49,481 bases of DNA, taken from the NCBI GenBank assembly GCA_030640625.1, contig DAOWJB010000011.1:1-49481 (forward strand). The letters run 5' to 3'. Below the pieces are notes generated by a model. The model saw nothing but the letters and a program-made list of their open reading frames with translations, did not search any database and was not told the origin of the DNA. Made by a program: the position numbers and the translations under genes. Shown in pieces: positions 18,255 to 26,473 of this stretch. Position 1 is the stretch's first letter. Every line of letters starts with the position of its first letter. The stretch comes from Bacteroides sp. (GTDB taxonomy: Bacteria > Bacteroidota > Bacteroidia > Bacteroidales > SM23-62).

Positions 18255-19130
18255 CTACAGCACGTTCAGGACCTGTTCTTTTATTTTTTCCAGTTCATCT
18301 TTCATTTCAACCACCAGGCGCTGTATGTTGACTTCAGAGGCTTTGGATCCGAGGGTATTGATCTCCCGGCCCATCTCCTGGGATATAAAACCCAGCTTTT
18401 TGCCTGCCGATGCCTCTGCTCCGATGGTTTCCAGGAAGAAATTGCAGTGATTTTTCAACCTGACCTTCTCTTCGGTAATATCCATTTTTTCCAGGTAAAA
18501 TATCATCTCCTGCTCCATCCGGCCCGGATCGGTTGACTGATCCTGTCCCAATTCCTCAAGGGCTGTCAGGATCCTTTTCCTGATGGCTGCAGAACGGTCT
18601 TCTTCAAAAGGGGTCACCTCTGAAAGTCTCTGCAGGATGTTGTTGACACGCAGCCTGATATCCTTTTCCAGGGCTTTGCCTTCCTGCTTCCTGAAAGAGT
18701 GCAATTCGTCAAGGGCAGCCTGTATGCTTTCCTTCACTTTTGTCCAGTCGTCTTCCTGTAATAGATCCTTTTCCGAAAGCATGGTATCGGGCAGCCGCAT
18801 GGCTGTCTGGATCAGACGATCTGATTCGGTCATGTCAAGATCCCTGGCAATTTCCTTCAGATGCCTGATATATTCCTTTACAACCGGTTTGTTGATTGAG
18901 AAACCGGTCGCTCCTTCCCTGATCTCCTGGTAGATGCCAATTTCAATTTTTCCACGCAGCAGTTCACTGCCCAGCCAGCTTCGCATTTCCATTTCCTTCT
19001 CCCTGAGGAAGACCGGGACCTTGACGGAAAAATCCAGCTGCTTGCTGTTCAGTGATTTTATTTCAATGGCGTAGACCACATTTCTGAGTTCACATTTGGT
19101 CCTGCCGTAGCCTGTCATGGAGATAAGCAT
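18255..19130 (-). CDS. yicC: YicC-family stress-induced protein
   Basis: 291 aa with N-terminus MLISMTGYGR and C-terminus ..SKA.EVNIQRLVVEMKDELEKIKEQVLNV, matching the YicC N- and C-terminal domains. It ends 3 nt upstream of gmk. Confidence 0.88.
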   Translation of the reverse strand: MLISMTGYGRTKCELRNVVYAIEIKSLNSKQLDFSVKVPVFLREKEMEMRSWLGSELLRGKIEIGIYQEIREGATGFSINKPVVKEYIRHLKEIARDLDMTESDRLIQTAMRLPDTMLSEKDLLQEDDWTKVKESIQAALDELHSFRKQEGKALEKDIRLRVNNILQRLSEVTPFEEDRSAAIRKRILTALEELGQDQSTDPGRMEQEMIFYLEKMDITEEKVRLKNHCNFFLETIGAEASAGKKLGFISQEMGREINTLGSKASEVNIQRLVVEMKDELEKIKEQVLNVL

Positions 19131-19161
19131 AGATGGAGGTTTTAATTACCTGGTTTCGAAA

Positions 19162-19169
19162 CAAAATTA
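19162..19169 (-). promoter_or_regulatory. Candidate -7 promoter box (TAATTTTG on the minus strand) for yicC-gmk
   Basis: Exact TAnnTTTG, 31 nt upstream of the yicC ATG, in the 47-nt gap after the MATE gene. Confidence 0.4.
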
Positions 19170-19177
19170 AAACAAAG

Positions 19178-20527
19178 TCAGGAATTTGCAACTTGCGGTT
19201 TCACCACCCCCTTGGTTTTCCACCTGCCGGTAAGATAATACAGGAAGGACAGCACAAGTCCGATCCCCCAGCCGGCAGGGACGGACCACCATATGCCGCT
19301 TTCTCCAATCCTCCCGGAGAAATGCCAGGCAAATGGGATCCGGATGATCCACAGGGACAGCAGGGTGATGAACATGGGAATGATGGTGTCTCCGGCCCCG
19401 CGCAATACACCATTGATCTTGAACATGGCGGTGAACAGCAGGTAAAAGGTACTGACGATCACCAGGTATTCCCCCCCGATCCGTATCACCTCCGGATCTT
19501 TGGTGAACATGCCCATTAACTGGTATTTGAAGAATATGACAATGGCCATGACGGTGATCGAAACAGCGGAGGACATCAACAAGGTGGCAATCAGTCCCCG
19601 CCTGACCCGCTCAGACTTCCCGGCCCCAATATTTTGTCCAACAAAAGTAGCCAGGGCAGCAGAAAAGTTCATGGCCGGCAGCACCGCCAGGCTGTCTATC
19701 CTCAGGGCGGCCGAATACCCTGCAATGACATTGGTCCCAAAGGTGTTTACAATGGACATGATGGCCATCATTCCCAGGGAGACAAAAGTATGCTGGAATC
19801 CGGTGGGAAGCCCGATCCGGAGACTTTGCCAGAAGATCTTCCTGTCAAATTGATATTCCCGCAGGTTGAAGTCAATGAGTTGATGGTTCCGGTTCAGGTA
19901 GATCACGGCTGTAAGGAAGGCACCGGCCTGCGAAACCACCGTGGCGATGGCTGCCCCTGCTATTCCCCATTCAAAAACAACAATGAAGAGCAGGTCTAAA
20001 CCGATATTGAAAAGGGTGGAGATCATCAGGAAATAGAGTGGTGTCTTCGAATCTCCCAATCCCCGCAAAATAGCGCTGGTTGTATTAAAACCGAAAAAGG
20101 CCAGCAGTCCCGATAAATAAATGGACAGGTAGGTGGTCGCCTCGGGCATGATCTCCTCGGGAAGCCGGATCAGCCTGAATATTTCATCGGTCAGGGGAAT
20201 GCCAACAAGGGTAAGAACCACAGAAGCGATGGTCAGGAAGATATACATGGTATGAATGGCCCTTTTGACACTTTTATGGTCGCTTGCACCAAAGTACTGG
20301 GCAATTACGATGGTGCCCCCGGAAGCCACCCCGATGATCAGGGAGATCAGGGTAAATACGATGGGGAAGGAGGCTCCCACGGCGGCCAGGGCTTCCTTGC
20401 CAAGAAAATTGCCTACAATGATGGTATCAACGATGTTGTATAACTGCTGGAAAAGATTACCCAGCAGCATGGGCATGGCAAAGTTAAAGATGAGGCGGGC
20501 TTCATTTCCCCTGGTAAGTTCCTTCAT
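19178..20527 (-). CDS. MATE-family efflux transporter
   Basis: 449 aa with about 12 hydrophobic segments. The N-terminus FNFAMPMLLGNLFQQLYNIVDTIIVGNFLGKEALAAVG is typical of MATE/NorM proteins. Confidence 0.88.
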   Translation of the reverse strand: MKELTRGNEARLIFNFAMPMLLGNLFQQLYNIVDTIIVGNFLGKEALAAVGASFPIVFTLISLIIGVASGGTIVIAQYFGASDHKSVKRAIHTMYIFLTIASVVLTLVGIPLTDEIFRLIRLPEEIMPEATTYLSIYLSGLLAFFGFNTTSAILRGLGDSKTPLYFLMISTLFNIGLDLLFIVVFEWGIAGAAIATVVSQAGAFLTAVIYLNRNHQLIDFNLREYQFDRKIFWQSLRIGLPTGFQHTFVSLGMMAIMSIVNTFGTNVIAGYSAALRIDSLAVLPAMNFSAALATFVGQNIGAGKSERVRRGLIATLLMSSAVSITVMAIVIFFKYQLMGMFTKDPEVIRIGGEYLVIVSTFYLLFTAMFKINGVLRGAGDTIIPMFITLLSLWIIRIPFAWHFSGRIGESGIWWSVPAGWGIGLVLSFLYYLTGRWKTKGVVKPQVANS

Positions 20528-20562
20528 GGATCTCTGACTGGGATAAAAAGCTTAAAGGTGGA

Positions 20563-20570
20563 CAAATTTA
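20563..20570 (-). promoter_or_regulatory. Candidate -7 promoter box (TAAATTTG on the minus strand) for the MATE gene
   Basis: Exact TAnnTTTG, 35 nt upstream of the ATG at 20527. Confidence 0.4.
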
Positions 20571-20623
20571 AAAGAACGGCAATACCCCCGAAGTCAAAAA
20601 ACTGTTAAAGATTTTGGCCCGGA

Positions 20624-22006
20624 TCAGCCTGCCTTGACCGGCTCAAGCTCCACGGTGAAATGCCGCATGATGGGCGCTTCCTTTATGATCCGGTAGCCGG
20701 AGGTAATTTTGTCTTTCCTGTCAAAAATATTTGCAAGGGCAAATGCTGCGACATCCATATGGTTGTTGGTATAGACACGCCTGGGAATGGCCAACCTCAG
20801 GTATTCGATTTCCGGATAGCGGTTTTCCCCGGATTGCGGATCCCTGTCTGCCAGCAGCGTACCGATCTCTACCGCCCTCACCCCACCTTCAAGATAGAGC
20901 TCAATGGCCAGGGTCTGTGCAATGAATTCTTCCCGTGGGACCCTCGTCAGGAAGCGGGTCGCATCAATGTATACCGCATGCCCGCCGGTGGGTTGTTGCA
21001 CAGGGATGCCTTTCTCCAGCAAACGGTTGGCCAGGTATTCTGTCTGTTTGATGCGGGTCTCCAGGGAGTCGTATTCAATAGCCTCTCTGAGTCCACATGC
21101 CAGTGCATTCATATCCCTCCCTGACATGCCGCCATAGGTCAGGAATCCTTCGAACAAGATATTGTAGGTGCATGCCTTTTCGTACCAGTCCCCGTTGCGA
21201 AAACCAATGAACCCGCCGATATTTACGTTCCCGTCCTTTTTGCTGCTCATCGTAACGGCATCGGCATAGGAGAACATTTCAGTCACGATGTCGGCGATGG
21301 TCTTTTCCTTGTATCCATCCTCTCGTTCTTTGATGAAATAAGCATTTTCGGCAAACCTGGCCGCATCATACACAAGGGGTATGGAATATCGATCTGCGAG
21401 GGTGCGGACATCTTTCATATTTTGCATGGATACCGGTTGTCCGCCCGTTGTATTGCAGGTCAGCGTGAGGATGATAAATGGAATATCATCCGCGTATTTT
21501 TCGAGCACATGCTGAAGTATATCCGTATCAATGTTCCCTTTAAAGGGATGGATCAGGCTGGTATTGTAAGCTTCCTGTATGGTGCAATCGAGAGCTGTTG
21601 CTTTCCGGTATTCTATATGCCCCTTGGTCGTGTCGAAATGGGCATTTCCCGGGACGATGTCTCCTTCTTTTACCAGCACCGAGAACAGCACATTTTCTGC
21701 TGCCCTTCCCTGGTGAACCGGGAGAAAATAATCGAAACCGAACAGATCCTCTATGCTCTGTTTCAGCTTATAATAACTGCTGGCTCCCGCATAGCTTTCG
21801 TCCCCCAGCATCATCTCTGCCCATTGCTGCTGGCTCATGGCAGTGGTTCCAGAGTCGGTCAGCAGATCGACATAAACCTGCTCGCTTCTCAGATTGAAAA
21901 CATTATACCGTGCCTTTTTGATCCATTCCCTCCTTTGCTCCCGGGTACTCCTGTATACGGGCTCGACCATCTTGATCTTAAATGATTCGGCAAAAGGATT
22001 TTCCAT
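20624..22006 (-). CDS. tnaA: Tryptophanase-type beta-eliminating lyase (tryptophan indole-lyase; tyrosine phenol-lyase not excluded)
   Basis: 460 aa with FKIKMVEP..R..RE, DLLTDSGTTAMS, HQGRAAE, and the PLP-lysine context SSKKDGNVNIGGF. Confidence 0.85.
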   Translation of the reverse strand: MENPFAESFKIKMVEPVYRSTREQRREWIKKARYNVFNLRSEQVYVDLLTDSGTTAMSQQQWAEMMLGDESYAGASSYYKLKQSIEDLFGFDYFLPVHQGRAAENVLFSVLVKEGDIVPGNAHFDTTKGHIEYRKATALDCTIQEAYNTSLIHPFKGNIDTDILQHVLEKYADDIPFIILTLTCNTTGGQPVSMQNMKDVRTLADRYSIPLVYDAARFAENAYFIKEREDGYKEKTIADIVTEMFSYADAVTMSSKKDGNVNIGGFIGFRNGDWYEKACTYNILFEGFLTYGGMSGRDMNALACGLREAIEYDSLETRIKQTEYLANRLLEKGIPVQQPTGGHAVYIDATRFLTRVPREEFIAQTLAIELYLEGGVRAVEIGTLLADRDPQSGENRYPEIEYLRLAIPRRVYTNNHMDVAAFALANIFDRKDKITSGYRIIKEAPIMRHFTVELEPVKAG

Positions 22007-22112
22007 GAGTTTGTGTCAGCAATGATGAACCATAAAAATAGGAAGGAGGAGGGAGGCTGTAAGGGGGGAGTTGAATGTTTGTGAACATGTATGCTATCAA
22101 ACATACAGGCAT

Positions 22113-23261
22113 TTACTCATCCAGGTCCAGCAGATGCTTCTGGTAATACTTTTCGAAGAGGTCCCTCCGGAACAGTGCTGCTTTTTCCTGGCGGGTATTA
22201 TATGCATCCCGGTTTTCCCCTTTTCTGCGTGCTTCAAATAATCCTGAATTTTCCATTTCCTTTTCAATCTCATCGAAATAGTAATATTCGGCCGAAAACC
22301 GTGGAGATATTTCATAGATCATGACCGTTCCGTCATTCGAACAGGTAAGGACCTGGCTCCCGCCGGGAACGAAATCTGCCGCATACAGGGCATCTTTCTG
22401 GTCAACGAAGGTGTAAATGCATTTGCCGGTGGCCACTTCCCAGAGTTTTGCCGTCATGTCATAGGATGCGCTGATCAGGTAGCGGGCATCCGGACTGAAC
22501 CTCACGAAGACCACGGCATAATCATGACCTGTCAGGAGCTTATGGATCTTGCCCGTTTCGACATCCCAGATCTTTATGTTCTCGTCCATGGAGCAACTGG
22601 CCAGGAGTTTGCTGTCGGGACTGAAATCAAGGGAGAATATATTGCCGCCATGAGCTGACATGGTATGCACGGGCTTGCGTGTTTTGGCATCCCAGATGAT
22701 CACCGTCTGGTCCAGTGATCCACTGGCAATCCATTGCATATCTGGACTAAAAGTGGCTGTGAGGACAGTTTTTGAGTGGCCTTCAAAGGTATGGATCACG
22801 GTCGCCTCTTCCCGGTCCCATAAATAAAATATGTTTTTCAGGCTGGTACTGAGGAACTTTGAAGCATCCTGGTTAAAATCCAGGTTATATACATGGGTTA
22901 CATGCCTGCTGTATTTGGTCCAGCTACCATCCCCCAGGTCCCAGATCCGGATCTCTGTACCCCCGGCCCCCAGCAGGAGTTTTCCATCCCGTGAGAAAGT
23001 CAGGTATTTAACCGGTTTCAGGGGGCCATTCAGGGTAGACCGGATCTCTCCGCTGTTTTTATCCCATAAATGTATGAACCGGTCATCCCCGCTGCTTGCT
23101 ATGGTTGATCCATCGGGACTTGCGGCAATTGAATAAACGGGACCCTTATGCTTTTTAAATGTTAAAATCAGGCTTTCATCTTTCTGGGCAGTGCCTGATT
23201 GCCACAATGGAAACATAAAATATACGAACAGAAAAAAGCTGATTTTTTTTAGCTGTACCAT
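22113..23261 (-). CDS. Exported WD40-repeat beta-propeller protein
   Basis: 382 aa with a signal-peptide-like N-terminus (MVQLKKISFFLFVYFMFPLWQSGTAQ). About seven canonical WD repeats follow (GH...V....FSPD....ASGS.D.T..IWD). The C-terminus is a ~60-aa charged tail. Confidence 0.85.
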   Translation of the reverse strand: MVQLKKISFFLFVYFMFPLWQSGTAQKDESLILTFKKHKGPVYSIAASPDGSTIASSGDDRFIHLWDKNSGEIRSTLNGPLKPVKYLTFSRDGKLLLGAGGTEIRIWDLGDGSWTKYSRHVTHVYNLDFNQDASKFLSTSLKNIFYLWDREEATVIHTFEGHSKTVLTATFSPDMQWIASGSLDQTVIIWDAKTRKPVHTMSAHGGNIFSLDFSPDSKLLASCSMDENIKIWDVETGKIHKLLTGHDYAVVFVRFSPDARYLISASYDMTAKLWEVATGKCIYTFVDQKDALYAADFVPGGSQVLTCSNDGTVMIYEISPRFSAEYYYFDEIEKEMENSGLFEARRKGENRDAYNTRQEKAALFRRDLFEKYYQKHLLDLDE

Positions 23262-23424
23262 CTACATTTTGCAAGCCGGGGAAATTTCACCTGTCTATTA
23301 TCAGCAAAGGTTGTAAAATTATCGACATGAAACCAAACCCATCTTTTTTTTTGTTTTCTGTTGATCCTGCTAGCCATGTTCAATGCTGTTGGGATCAAAA
23401 TTGAGGGCGATGCTGTTCCGGTCT

Positions 23425-25758
23425 CTATTTTCCTGGCAGACGCCTTGGAAGCCGCACTGTAAATGAAGATCCCTTGCCGGGCTTGCTGCTTACCTCAATG
23501 GAGCCATGGTTTTTCATGGCAAATTCCCTGCACAGGATCAAACCCAGTCCCGTTCCCTCTTCATTGGCTGTGCCGGTCCGGGTAACCTGCTCATCGATCC
23601 GGAATAATTTATTGATGATATCCGCGGGGATACCAATGCCGTTGTCTGTAACCAGGATATGGATCTCATTTTTGTAAATCTTTTCATTGACTGTGATCCT
23701 GCCCCTGGGAGGAGTAAACTTGATGGCATTGGAGACGAGGTTCCTGATAATGGTGGCGACCATATTTTTATCCCCGTATGCCTGGGTGCCCGGACTCACC
23801 CGGTTTTGAAGGTCCTGGTTTTTTTCAAGGGCATGCCCTTCGAGGAGCTTGAATGCTGATTCAATAAGCGGAGATATCTTAAAACCGGTGGGATCAAATT
23901 TGATGCGGCCCGATTGTGACCTTGACCAGTTCAGCAGGTTGTCAACAAGGTTATGTGCCTGTATGGATGCATCATTTATCATTTTGACAAAGGTGAGGAC
24001 TTCATCCTGATCGTACGAGGGATAATCTTTCAATAAAAGGTCAGAAAAACCCATGATGGAACTCAGGGGATTCTTAAGGTCATGAGCGATAATTGAGAGA
24101 AACTTATCCTTGTCAGCCGAGGCTTCCTGTGTTTTCCAGCCTGTTATATCCCTGAAAACGGCAAAGGTGCCGGTAAATTCACCATCCTCGTACTGAGGGG
24201 TAGCAGTAACAAGTATTTGCCTCTTTTCTTTATCGGGACGAATGATCTCCAGTTCATAGGTGTTTTTTTTGCCTTTTTTCCTCTGTTCGGTCTGATCCCT
24301 GATGAATTTCCTGTTTTCGCGAGCCAGGAAATCAAGCACTGTTTTTCCAGTCAGTTTACCTGTGGATACACCGAATATTTCTTCTGCTTTGGGATTAGCG
24401 AATACAAATTTTTCATTCGGGTTGACCATGCCGATGCCTTCTCCCTGGTTGTTAATAAGCAACCTGTACTTCTGCTCGCTCTTATAGAGTTCCTGGAGGG
24501 TGTTCCTGTAATTGCTAATATCCCTGGATATGGAAGCAACAGCGATCAGTTTGTTTTGCTCATCGTACACCGGGAATTTCTTTACCAGGGAATGAATTTT
24601 CCTGCCATCCGGGTATACGAACACCTGGTCATTAACAAGTGTTTCCCCTTTCTTCAGTTTCAATGCCTTCCGGTCATCATCCATATACTGTCTTACATAA
24701 TCAAGATCACCATAGATCTCGAGGTCAGTTTTGCCGATCAGCCGATTCGCTGATTTCTTACCGGCAGCAACCGTATTGGCCCGGTTGGAAGCGATAACCT
24801 TCAGTTCAGTATCCTTGATCACGGCATGATCTTCAACATTTTCCACGATGGCTGCCAACAGGTCTTTTTCCCGTTGTGATTTTTTCCGTTCGGTGATATC
24901 CTGTGCGGTACCGATGGATAATGAAGGTTTTTTACGGTCGTCATGAATAACAAATGATCTTGTCCAGATCTGTTTTTCATTTCCTTCGGGATCTATGATC
25001 CGGTATTCCATATCCAGCCCGGTTCCTTTTTCTATTTTCTTGTAAGCCTTTTTAACGAATTCCCGGTCCCCGGGATGAACCGATTTCAGGAAAGATCCGG
25101 GATTCTGGTAAAGGCTGGAGGCAGACCTTCCAAATACCAGTTCATATTTCGGGCTGATATACAACAACTGGTCTGTCTTCAGGTCAAGTATCCAGAATAC
25201 CTCTTCGATGGTGTCGACCAAAAGTTTAAGGATCTCTTCCTGTTTCCTCAGTTCTTCCTCGGCTGCATATCTTTCTGTTACATCGTGTGCAATTCCTTCC
25301 ACGCCGGTAACCTTTCCCTTGTCATTATAGATCGGCAGTTCAGTATTGTAAAATACCCTGGTGGAACCATCAATGTGATACAGCTCATTCATGAAAGTAG
25401 GCTGGATCAATCCGTTCAGGCTGGACTGGGACCGTTTCAGTGCCTCCTGGTTCATTTCATGATCGGTTAGAAATTCCCTGTAATCCCGCATGGCCTCTTC
25501 CTGGGAATAACCGAGGACTTTCGTGATGGATGGACTGACGTAGGTGACCATTCCGGAACTGTCATGTGAATAAAAAATATATTCATCGCGCAGGCTCTCA
25601 ACCAGTCTTTTGTATTTCTCTTCGATCTGCCGGATGTCAGCTTGCTGCTTCATCTGCTCTTCAAGCTCAGCTATACGTTGTTCCTGTTGTACTCGTATGT
25701 TGGCCAGTTCCTCGTATGTCAGATGTTCTTTCACGTATCCCGCAGAATATGTATACAA
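23425..25758 (-). CDS. Soluble multi-PAS sensor histidine kinase (start codon uncertain)
   Basis: Several PAS-like repeats are followed by the HisKA H-box FLSIIAHDLKNPLSSI and HATPase_c motifs (NAIKFT, DNGIGI, GTGLGL). No hydrophobic transmembrane segment is visible. The ORF start at 25758 is TTG; in-frame alternatives are GTG at 25734 and ATG at 25653. Confidence 0.88.
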   Translation of the reverse strand: MYTYSAGYVKEHLTYEELANIRVQQEQRIAELEEQMKQQADIRQIEEKYKRLVESLRDEYIFYSHDSSGMVTYVSPSITKVLGYSQEEAMRDYREFLTDHEMNQEALKRSQSSLNGLIQPTFMNELYHIDGSTRVFYNTELPIYNDKGKVTGVEGIAHDVTERYAAEEELRKQEEILKLLVDTIEEVFWILDLKTDQLLYISPKYELVFGRSASSLYQNPGSFLKSVHPGDREFVKKAYKKIEKGTGLDMEYRIIDPEGNEKQIWTRSFVIHDDRKKPSLSIGTAQDITERKKSQREKDLLAAIVENVEDHAVIKDTELKVIASNRANTVAAGKKSANRLIGKTDLEIYGDLDYVRQYMDDDRKALKLKKGETLVNDQVFVYPDGRKIHSLVKKFPVYDEQNKLIAVASISRDISNYRNTLQELYKSEQKYRLLINNQGEGIGMVNPNEKFVFANPKAEEIFGVSTGKLTGKTVLDFLARENRKFIRDQTEQRKKGKKNTYELEIIRPDKEKRQILVTATPQYEDGEFTGTFAVFRDITGWKTQEASADKDKFLSIIAHDLKNPLSSIMGFSDLLLKDYPSYDQDEVLTFVKMINDASIQAHNLVDNLLNWSRSQSGRIKFDPTGFKISPLIESAFKLLEGHALEKNQDLQNRVSPGTQAYGDKNMVATIIRNLVSNAIKFTPPRGRITVNEKIYKNEIHILVTDNGIGIPADIINKLFRIDEQVTRTGTANEEGTGLGLILCREFAMKNHGSIEVSSKPGKGSSFTVRLPRRLPGK

Positions 25759-25794
25759 AATTGTCTAAAAACTGTGAATTTGCAAGGCTGGATG

Positions 25795-25830
25795 AAAAAA
25801 AAAGCCTGACTACCCATTTGGCAGCCAGGC
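25795..25830 (-). terminator. Rho-independent terminator after the pheT-macrodomain unit
   Basis: The minus-strand RNA reads GCCUGGCUGCCAAAUGGGUAGUCAGGC followed by U9. The stem has about 9 base pairs with two mismatches. It lies 133 nt downstream of the macrodomain stop and 37 nt upstream of the histidine-kinase start. Confidence 0.7.
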
Positions 25831-25963
25831 TTGAAAAGGCTTAGTGGTTAAGGTGTTTAGTAATCGATCGTTGATATACTACCTCGAGTAAAGGTAAAAA
25901 TTTTTTCTTTATTTGCAAGTCCAGCCCATTGATGCGAGCCATCCGGAGTATCTTTTATGGGTT

Positions 25964-26473
25964 TTATCCCCCGAGCTTTTCCCTGTATATCTGCAGGTTC
26001 TCAACATCAAAAATGCAGAAAATCAGCCGCTCAATATGTACGGCCGTTTTGAGAAATGTTTTTGCAGCACTTATTGCGATGCCGGCTGCCAGTACTTTGG
26101 GAAAACCATAGATGCCCGTACTGATGTTCGGGAAGGCGAGGGATTTTAGTTTGGTATTTTCGGCGATTCGCAAAGCATTCTTATAGGCCTTTGCCAGCAG
26201 CTTTTCCTCCTGGTGTTCACCCCCTCTCCATACAGGCCCGACGGTGTGAATGACAAATTTCGCCGGCAGGTTATAGGCACTTGTTATCTTGGCATCTCCG
26301 GTGGGGCATCCCCCCAATGTCCGGCACTCATCAAGGAGGCCCGGACCAGCCGCCCGGTGAATGGCACCATCGACTCCGCCTCCGCCCAGCAGGGTGGTAT
26401 TTGCCGCATTTACGATGGCATCAACTTTCAGCAGGGTGATATCACCCTCGATGATTTCTATTTTGCGTTTCAT
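25964..26473 (-). CDS. Macro domain protein (YmdB/Af1521-like ADP-ribose or O-acetyl-ADP-ribose hydrolase)
   Basis: 169 aa with [34 protein letters not shown] and ISTGIYGFP, canonical macrodomain motifs. It has an ATGA overlap with the pheT stop. Confidence 0.88.
   Translation of the reverse strand: MKRKIEIIEGDITLLKVDAIVNAANTTLLGGGGVDGAIHRAAGPGLLDECRTLGGCPTGDAKITSAYNLPAKFVIHTVGPVWRGGEHQEEKLLAKAYKNALRIAENTKLKSLAFPNISTGIYGFPKVLAAGIAISAAKTFLKTAVHIERLIFCIFDVENLQIYREKLGG

Noticed and set aside
21422-21985. A 187-aa plus-strand ORF inside tnaA, plus similar plus-strand ORFs at 20660..21124 inside tnaA, 24217..24753 inside the histidine kinase, and 4517..5053 over metA.
   Set aside because: All are antisense to genes with strong family signatures, so they are most likely non-coding.
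21889-22104. A 71-aa ORF starting in the tnaA leader and containing Trp codons, considered as a TnaC-like leader peptide. A 5-codon uORF (MVHHC) just upstream of tnaA was considered as well.
   Set aside because: The 71-aa ORF's ATG lies inside the only candidate -7 box, so it would probably not be transcribed. It also runs 118 nt out of frame into tnaA, unlike known leader peptides. The 5-codon uORF has no Trp. Neither can be supported from sequence alone.
23267-25916. A recurring (A/T)TTTGCAAG motif in the spacers flanking the WD40, kinase and macrodomain genes (near 23267, 25779 and 25906).
   Set aside because: The motif is only 8-9 nt long and contains the common palindrome TTGCAA. It also occurs inside the tnaA coding sequence (near 20731). 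I cannot establish enrichment without a genome-wide count.
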